64,000 bases of DNA from Escherichia coli. GTDB taxonomy: Bacteria; Pseudomonadota; Gammaproteobacteria; Enterobacterales; Enterobacteriaceae. How positions within the stretch are numbered: position 1 is the first letter of the stretch; each line of letters starts with the position of its first letter. Positions 56,819 through 64,000 of the stretch are shown in pieces. The position numbers were made by a program, and so were the translations under genes. The notes beneath the pieces are model-generated. The model was not told where the DNA came from and did no database searches. It worked only from the letters and a program-made list of their open reading frames with translations. The stretch lies in NCBI RefSeq assembly GCF_044324875.1, contig NZ_CP172185.1. The stretch is one strand, 5' to 3'.

Positions 56819-57277
56819 TTACTGACGACCAGAGTGACCAAAGCCGCCTTCACCGCGGTCGGTGGCGTCGAAATCTTCCACCAGATTAAATTCAGCCTGT
56901 ACTACCGGAACAAAAATCATCTGGGCGATGCGTTCACCAGGTTGAATGGTGAAGCTGTCCTGACCACGGTTCCACACGGAAATCATTAACTGGCCCTGAT
57001 AGTCGGAATCGATCAATCCTACCAGGTTACCAAGCACGATACCGTGCTTATGTCCCAATCCGGAGCGCGGCAGCATCATTGCCGCCAGTGAAGGATCGGC
57101 AATATGAATCGCCAGCCCGGTCGGAACCAGCGTAGTGTCACCCGGAGCCAGTTCTACGGCGTCGTCGAGACAGGCACGCAGGTCAAGTCCGGCAGAGCCA
57201 GAGGTGGCATAAGTCGGGAGCGGAAATTCCTTCCCAACGCGCGGGTCCAGAATCTTAACGTCGATTTTTTTCATCAT
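56819..57277 (-). CDS. dut: dUTP diphosphatase
   Basis: 152 aa [36 protein letters not shown]...; the true start may be the second Met. Confidence 0.95.
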
Positions 57278-58475
57278 AACGGGTCACGATCTCGTCGAGT
57301 AATAATTGGCCAAGGAGCTCTTTGCGCTCAAGCGGTAAGACTTTATCTCCGTCCTGCCAGAAAAGGTGTAATGCGTTGTTGTCGCTGTTAAATCCTTGAG
57401 TTGGCTGGGAAACATCGTTCGCGCAGATCAGATCAAGGTTTTTACGGATACGTTTTTGCCGGGCGTATTCTTCCACATTATTTGTTTCGGCGGCAAATCC
57501 AACGACGTAGGGTCGATGGTCTTTTAGTGCGGCAACGCCTGCGACGATATCGGGGTTTTTAACCATTTTTATTGTTAATTCATCACCCTGCGTGGCCTGC
57601 TTTTTGATTTTTTCTGGGGCCACGGTAGCTGCGCGATAATCCGCCACGGCGGCGCAACCGATAAAAATATTTTGCTGCTGTACAGAAGCATTCACGGCGG
57701 CTTCCATTTCCAGCGCGGTCATCACATCAACACGTTTAACAAACGGTGGCGTCGGTAGTGAAACTGGACCTGATACCAGCGTGACGTTCGCGCCACGACG
57801 GGCAGCAGCGGCGGCGATAGCAAAACCCATCTTGCCGGAGCTGTGATTAGAGATATAACGCACCGGATCGAGCGGTTCACGCGTCGGGCCGGCGGTAATC
57901 ATAATGTTCAGATGTTTCAGGTCGTTGACGGGCGAAAAATGCGCTACTGCCATATCCACAATGGTTAACGGATCGAGCATTCGCCCAGGACCGATATCAC
58001 CACAAGCCTGACTGCCACTGTCTGGCCCCCAGATGAGCAAACCACGGGAAGCAAGCACCTCTAAATTATGCTGCGTGGCAGCGGCACGGTACATCTGCTG
58101 GTTCATGGCGGGGAGCACGGCTACAGGCGCAGGTGTAGCCAGACAAATCGTCGATACCAGGTCATTCGCCATTCCGGCAGCAACACGGGCAATCAAATCT
58201 GCCGTGGCAGGGGCGAGAATCACTAAATCAGCCCATTTACCCAGCTCAATATGGCCCATAGCGGCTTCGGCTGCCGGGTCCAGCAAACTGTCGGAAACGG
58301 GATAACCAGAAACCGCCTGCAAGCTAAGTGGGGTGATAAAGGCTTTTGCCGCTTCGGTCATGGCTACGCGGACGTCGGCCCCGCGATCGCGCAAACGACG
58401 CACCAGTTCAGGGGTTTTATAGGCAGCAATACCGCCGCTGACGCCGAGAACGATTTTTTTACCGGCCAGGCTCAT
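57255..58475 (-). CDS. coaBC: Bifunctional phosphopantothenoylcysteine decarboxylase / synthetase
   Basis: 406 aa from [28 protein letters not shown]...; 3' end overlaps the dut start. Confidence 0.95.
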
Positions 58476-58646
58476 GATGATTTTTCCTGTTTGGTGACAC
58501 CAGAAGTTGGCGATTTTATCACAATACTTTTGTTGTCGTGCCTTCACCTGAGAATCACTTTGCGAGGCGCTTTCCAGGATTGAAAACTGGCCGTCGATTT
58601 AACGGAACGGCTATGACAGGATGCGAGCACCACAAAGGAGGTGAAG

Positions 58647-59315
58647 GTGAAAAACAATTCACAGCTGTTGATGCCGCGCGAAAAAATGCTGAAGTTTGGT
58701 ATTAGCGCCTTAACGGATGTCGAGCTGCTGGCGCTATTTCTGCGTACCGGAACGCGCGGTAAAGATGTATTAACCCTGGCAAAAGAGATGCTGGAGAATT
58801 TCGGCTCTCTTTATGGCTTGTTAACCTCTGAATATGAACAATTTAGTGGCGTTCATGGAATTGGCGTGGCGAAATTTGCCCAGTTAAAGGGGATTGCTGA
58901 ACTGGCGCGGCGTTACTACAACGTGCGGATGCGTGAAGAAAGCCCTTTACTCAGCCCGGAGATGACGAGGGAATTTTTACAAAGCCAGCTCACGGGTGAG
59001 GAGCGGGAGATCTTTATGGTGATCTTTCTCGACTCCCAACACCGGGTTATAACGCATAGCCGCCTTTTTTCCGGCACGCTAAACCATGTTGAAGTCCATC
59101 CTCGGGAAATTATCCGCGAAGCGATAAAAATAAATGCCTCGGCGCTGATCCTTGCACATAATCACCCTTCGGGTTGTGCTGAACCCAGTAAAGCGGATAA
59201 ACTCATTACTGAACGGATAATAAAGAGTTGTCAGTTCATGGATTTACGCGTGCTCGACCATATCGTGATTGGGCGTGGAGAGTATGTTTCTTTTGCCGAA
59301 CGCGGCTGGATTTAA
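58647..59315 (+). CDS. radC: RadC-like JAB-domain protein (YicR, UPF0758)
   Basis: GTG start after a GGAGG SD; product [35 protein letters not shown]... with HNHPSG JAB motif. Confidence 0.85.
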   Translation: MKNNSQLLMPREKMLKFGISALTDVELLALFLRTGTRGKDVLTLAKEMLENFGSLYGLLTSEYEQFSGVHGIGVAKFAQLKGIAELARRYYNVRMREESPLLSPEMTREFLQSQLTGEEREIFMVIFLDSQHRVITHSRLFSGTLNHVEVHPREIIREAIKINASALILAHNHPSGCAEPSKADKLITERIIKSCQFMDLRVLDHIVIGRGEYVSFAERGWI

Positions 59316-59510
59316 CCCGCTATGCGCGATCCTTCGGGATCTTTGTCTGTTCGGGACTTGAGCACATCGCTGAGTCAGCGTATACTACGCCACCTTTGAG
59401 AATCTCGGGTTTGGCATTTGGGCCTGGCAATCGAGAGTTCACATAGAACTGCGATGACCGGGCTGTAAAGCCTGACGAGGCGCCAATACCCCATACGAAG
59501 CTCGAGCTAA

Positions 59511-59768
<258 letters not shown>

Positions 59769-59785
59769 GTACTTAGAGGAAATAA

Positions 59786-59956
<171 letters not shown>

Positions 59957-59975
59957 TTCTCGCTTTGATGTAACG

Positions 59976-60003
59976 AAAAACCTCGCTCCGGCGGGGTTTT
60001 TTG
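59976..60003 (+). terminator. Rho-independent terminator after rpmBG
   Basis: CCTCGC-tccg-GCGGGG hairpin followed by TTTTTTG. Confidence 0.6.
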
Positions 60004-60053
60004 TTATCTGCTTACCCCCATATTGATTGCATCTGTTCATTCCTGGAGATGCT

Positions 60054-60863
60054 ATGCCTGAATTACCCGAAGTTGAAACCAGCCGTCGCGGCATAGAACC
60101 GCATCTCGTTGGTGCAACCATTCTTCATGCGGTGGTGCGCAACGGACGCTTGCGCTGGCCGGTTTCAGAAGAGATTTACCGATTAAGTGATCAACCAGTG
60201 CTTAGCGTGCAGCGGCGGGCTAAATATCTGCTGCTGGAGCTGCCGGAGGGCTGGATTATCATTCATTTGGGGATGTCTGGCAGCCTGCGCATCCTTCCAG
60301 AAGAATTTCCCCCTGAAAAGCATGACCATGTTGATTTGGTGATGAGCAACGGTAAAGTGCTGCGCTACACCGATCCGCGCCGCTTTGGTGCCTGGCTGTG
60401 GACCAAAGAGCTGGAAGGGCATAATGTGCTGGCCCATCTTGGACCGGAGCCGCTTAGCGACGATTTCAACGGTGAGTACCTGCATCAGAAGTGCGCGAAG
60501 AAAAAAACGGCGATTAAACCGTGGCTGATGGATAACAAGCTGGTGGTAGGCGTAGGGAATATCTATGCCAGCGAATCTCTGTTTGCGGCGGGGATCCATC
60601 CGGATCGGCTGGCGTCATCACTGTCGCTGGCAGAGTGTGAATTGTTAACTCAGGTGATTAAAGCGGTGTTGCTGCGTTCGATTGAGCAGGGCGGTACAAC
60701 GCTGAAAGATTTTCTGCAAAGCGACGGTAAACCGGGCTATTTCGCTCAAGAATTGCAGGTTTACGGGCGAAAAGGCGAGCCGTGTCGGGTGTGCGGTACG
60801 CCGATTGTGGCGACTAAACATGCGCAGCGGGCAACGTTTTATTGTCGGCAGTGCCAGAAGTAA
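60054..60863 (+). CDS. mutM: Formamidopyrimidine-DNA glycosylase
   Basis: 269 aa from [23 protein letters not shown]... with C-terminal zinc finger [26 protein letters not shown]. Confidence 0.95.
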   Translation: MPELPEVETSRRGIEPHLVGATILHAVVRNGRLRWPVSEEIYRLSDQPVLSVQRRAKYLLLELPEGWIIIHLGMSGSLRILPEEFPPEKHDHVDLVMSNGKVLRYTDPRRFGAWLWTKELEGHNVLAHLGPEPLSDDFNGEYLHQKCAKKKTAIKPWLMDNKLVVGVGNIYASESLFAAGIHPDRLASSLSLAECELLTQVIKAVLLRSIEQGGTTLKDFLQSDGKPGYFAQELQVYGRKGEPCRVCGTPIVATKHAQRATFYCRQCQK

Positions 60864-60901
60864 TTCATGCGCGCCGGATGGCGTACCATCCGGCATAAAC
60901 G

Positions 60902-62666
<1,765 letters not shown>

Positions 62667-63017
62667 AGTAAATAGCTGACTTATGGATGTGCTGGGGATT
62701 CTATGTATTTAGCTGTGGCTTTACCATTACTTTTCCCGTTTTTGACTTAAATAGCAATTTAGCCGCCAATTCTTGCTGAACATCTATACTTTTTTTGTAT
62801 TTTTATGCGTTTCATTGATTTCTGCAGTACGTGCAGGAAGGAATCGCAGAGCAACAGTGAAAGAATATGGTTGCTAATGATTTTATTTGATTGATTTCTT
62901 TATTGAAAATCAACAATGTGCTTAAAAATCATTCGGGTCGGATTGCCGCGAAAGAAGTGATACACTAGCGCGTCAATATCAGTGCGGTATCAGTATTCAG
63001 GTAGCTGTTGAGCCTGG

Positions 63018-63029
63018 GGCGGTAGCGTG
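63018..63029 (+). promoter_or_regulatory. ops element (GGCGGTAGCGTG) within the JUMPstart leader of the waaQ operon
   Basis: Exact ops consensus about 85 bp upstream of the waaQ start; known RfaH recruitment site. Confidence 0.8.
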
Positions 63030-63114
63030 CTTTTTCTGCTTCACCTTAATCGGATAATCTCAACAAAAAGAGTTACTTGTGGATAAGCCATTTCGAAGAA
63101 TTTTGCTCATTAAG

Positions 63115-64000
63115 ATGCGTTTTCATGGGGATATGTTATTAACTACTCCCGTCATTAGTTCGCTGAAAAAAAATTACCCTGACGCAAAAATCGATGTGCT
63201 GCTTTATCAGGACACCATCCCGATCCTATCTGAAAATCCAGAGATTAACGCGCTCTACGGCATAAAAAATAAAAAAGCAAAAGCCGCAGAAAAAATTGCC
63301 AACTTTTTTCATCTCATCAAGGTATTACGTGCCAATAAGTATGACCTTATCGTTAATCTTACCGAACAATGGATGGTTGCTATACTGGTTCGCTTATTAA
63401 ATGCCCGTGTGAAAATTTCCCAGGATTATCATCATCGGCAGTCTGCTTTTTGGCGTAATAGTTTCACTCATTTGGTGCCGTTGCAGGGTGGAAATGTGGT
63501 GGAAAGTAACTTATCCGTGCTGACACCATTGGGACTTGATTCGTTGGTGAAGCAGACAACCATGAGTTACCCGCCTGCAAGCTGGAAACGTATGCGTCGC
63601 GAACTTGATCACGCTGGTGTTGGACAAAATTATGTGGTTATCCAACCTACGGCGCGGCAAATCTTCAAATGTTGGGACAACGCCAAGTTTTCCGCTGTGA
63701 TTGATGCCTTACATGCTCGTGGTTATGAAGTCGTTCTGACGTCCGGCCCAGATAAAGACGATCTGGCCTGCGTCAATGAAATTGCGCAGGGATGCCAGAC
63801 GCCACCAGTAACGGCGCTGGCTGGAAAGGTGACCTTCCCGGAACTTGGTGCGTTAATCGATCATGCGCAGCTGTTTATTGGCGTTGATTCCGCACCGGCG
63901 CATATTGCCGCTGCAGTTAATACGCCGCTGATATCGCTGTTTGGTGCGACAGACCATATTTTCTGGCGTCCATGGTCAAATAACATGATTCAATTCTGGG
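63115..64000 (+). CDS. waaQ: LPS heptosyltransferase III WaaQ, 5' part (gene runs off window end)
   Basis: Translation from the ATG at 63115: MRFHGDMLLTTPVISSLKKNYPDAKIDVLLYQDTIPILSENPEINALYGI... Confidence 0.85.
   Translation, partial: MRFHGDMLLTTPVISSLKKNYPDAKIDVLLYQDTIPILSENPEINALYGIKNKKAKAAEKIANFFHLIKVLRANKYDLIVNLTEQWMVAILVRLLNARVKISQDYHHRQSAFWRNSFTHLVPLQGGNVVESNLSVLTPLGLDSLVKQTTMSYPPASWKRMRRELDHAGVGQNYVVIQPTARQIFKCWDNAKFSAVIDALHARGYEVVLTSGPDKDDLACVNEIAQGCQTPPVTALAGKVTFPELGALIDHAQLFIGVDSAPAHIAAAVNTPLISLFGATDHIFWRPWSNNMIQFW

Overview
This window reads as an Escherichia coli chromosomal segment (ExPEC/APEC-like backbone) in two parts. All identifications are from reading the ORF translations and sequence against memory; no database search was run.

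Positions 1 to about 27,890 are the integrase-proximal end of a horizontally acquired island inserted at the 3' end of tRNA-Sec (selC, minus strand, 27796..27890). It has a P4-type integrase at 26312..27496 and runs off the window start, so its far boundary is not visible. The island is a mosaic of: (i) an IS-riddled, decaying segment (IS100-like IS21-family element, truncated aldo-keto reductase, frameshifted MFS transporter, IS2 inside an IS3-family remnant, a 3' gene fragment with a PD-(D/E)xK-like motif); (ii) a seven-gene fructooligosaccharide/sucrose-type locus that matches what I recall of the fos locus (fosR, then fosT-fosGH1-fosX-fosGH2-fosY-fosK); (iii) a nested IS cluster (IS5-like remnant, IS1 interrupted by an IS66-family element with an 8-bp target duplication); (iv) a visibly AT-rich module with a GH31 alpha-glucosidase, an MFS transporter, a LacI-family regulator and a TPR-like hypothetical protein.

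Positions 27,891 to 64,000 are conserved core genome: yicJ-yicI, then an 8-gene PTS/aldolase/kinase/cupin operon (frz-like) between yicI and yicH, then yicH, xanP, gltS, recG-trmH-spoT-rpoZ-gmk, ligB, yicG, dinD, yicC, rph-pyrE, slmA, dut-coaBC, radC, rpmB-rpmG, mutM, coaD, waaA and the start of waaQ with its ops element.

No CRISPR array, rRNA or phage structural genes were seen. I believe the fos-like locus, the GH31 module and the frz-like operon have been described in avian/extraintestinal pathogenic E. coli. The elements that look least characterised are the two paralogous predicted outer-membrane beta-barrel proteins in the fos-like locus, the TPR-like protein next to the integrase, and the PD-(D/E)xK-like gene fragment.
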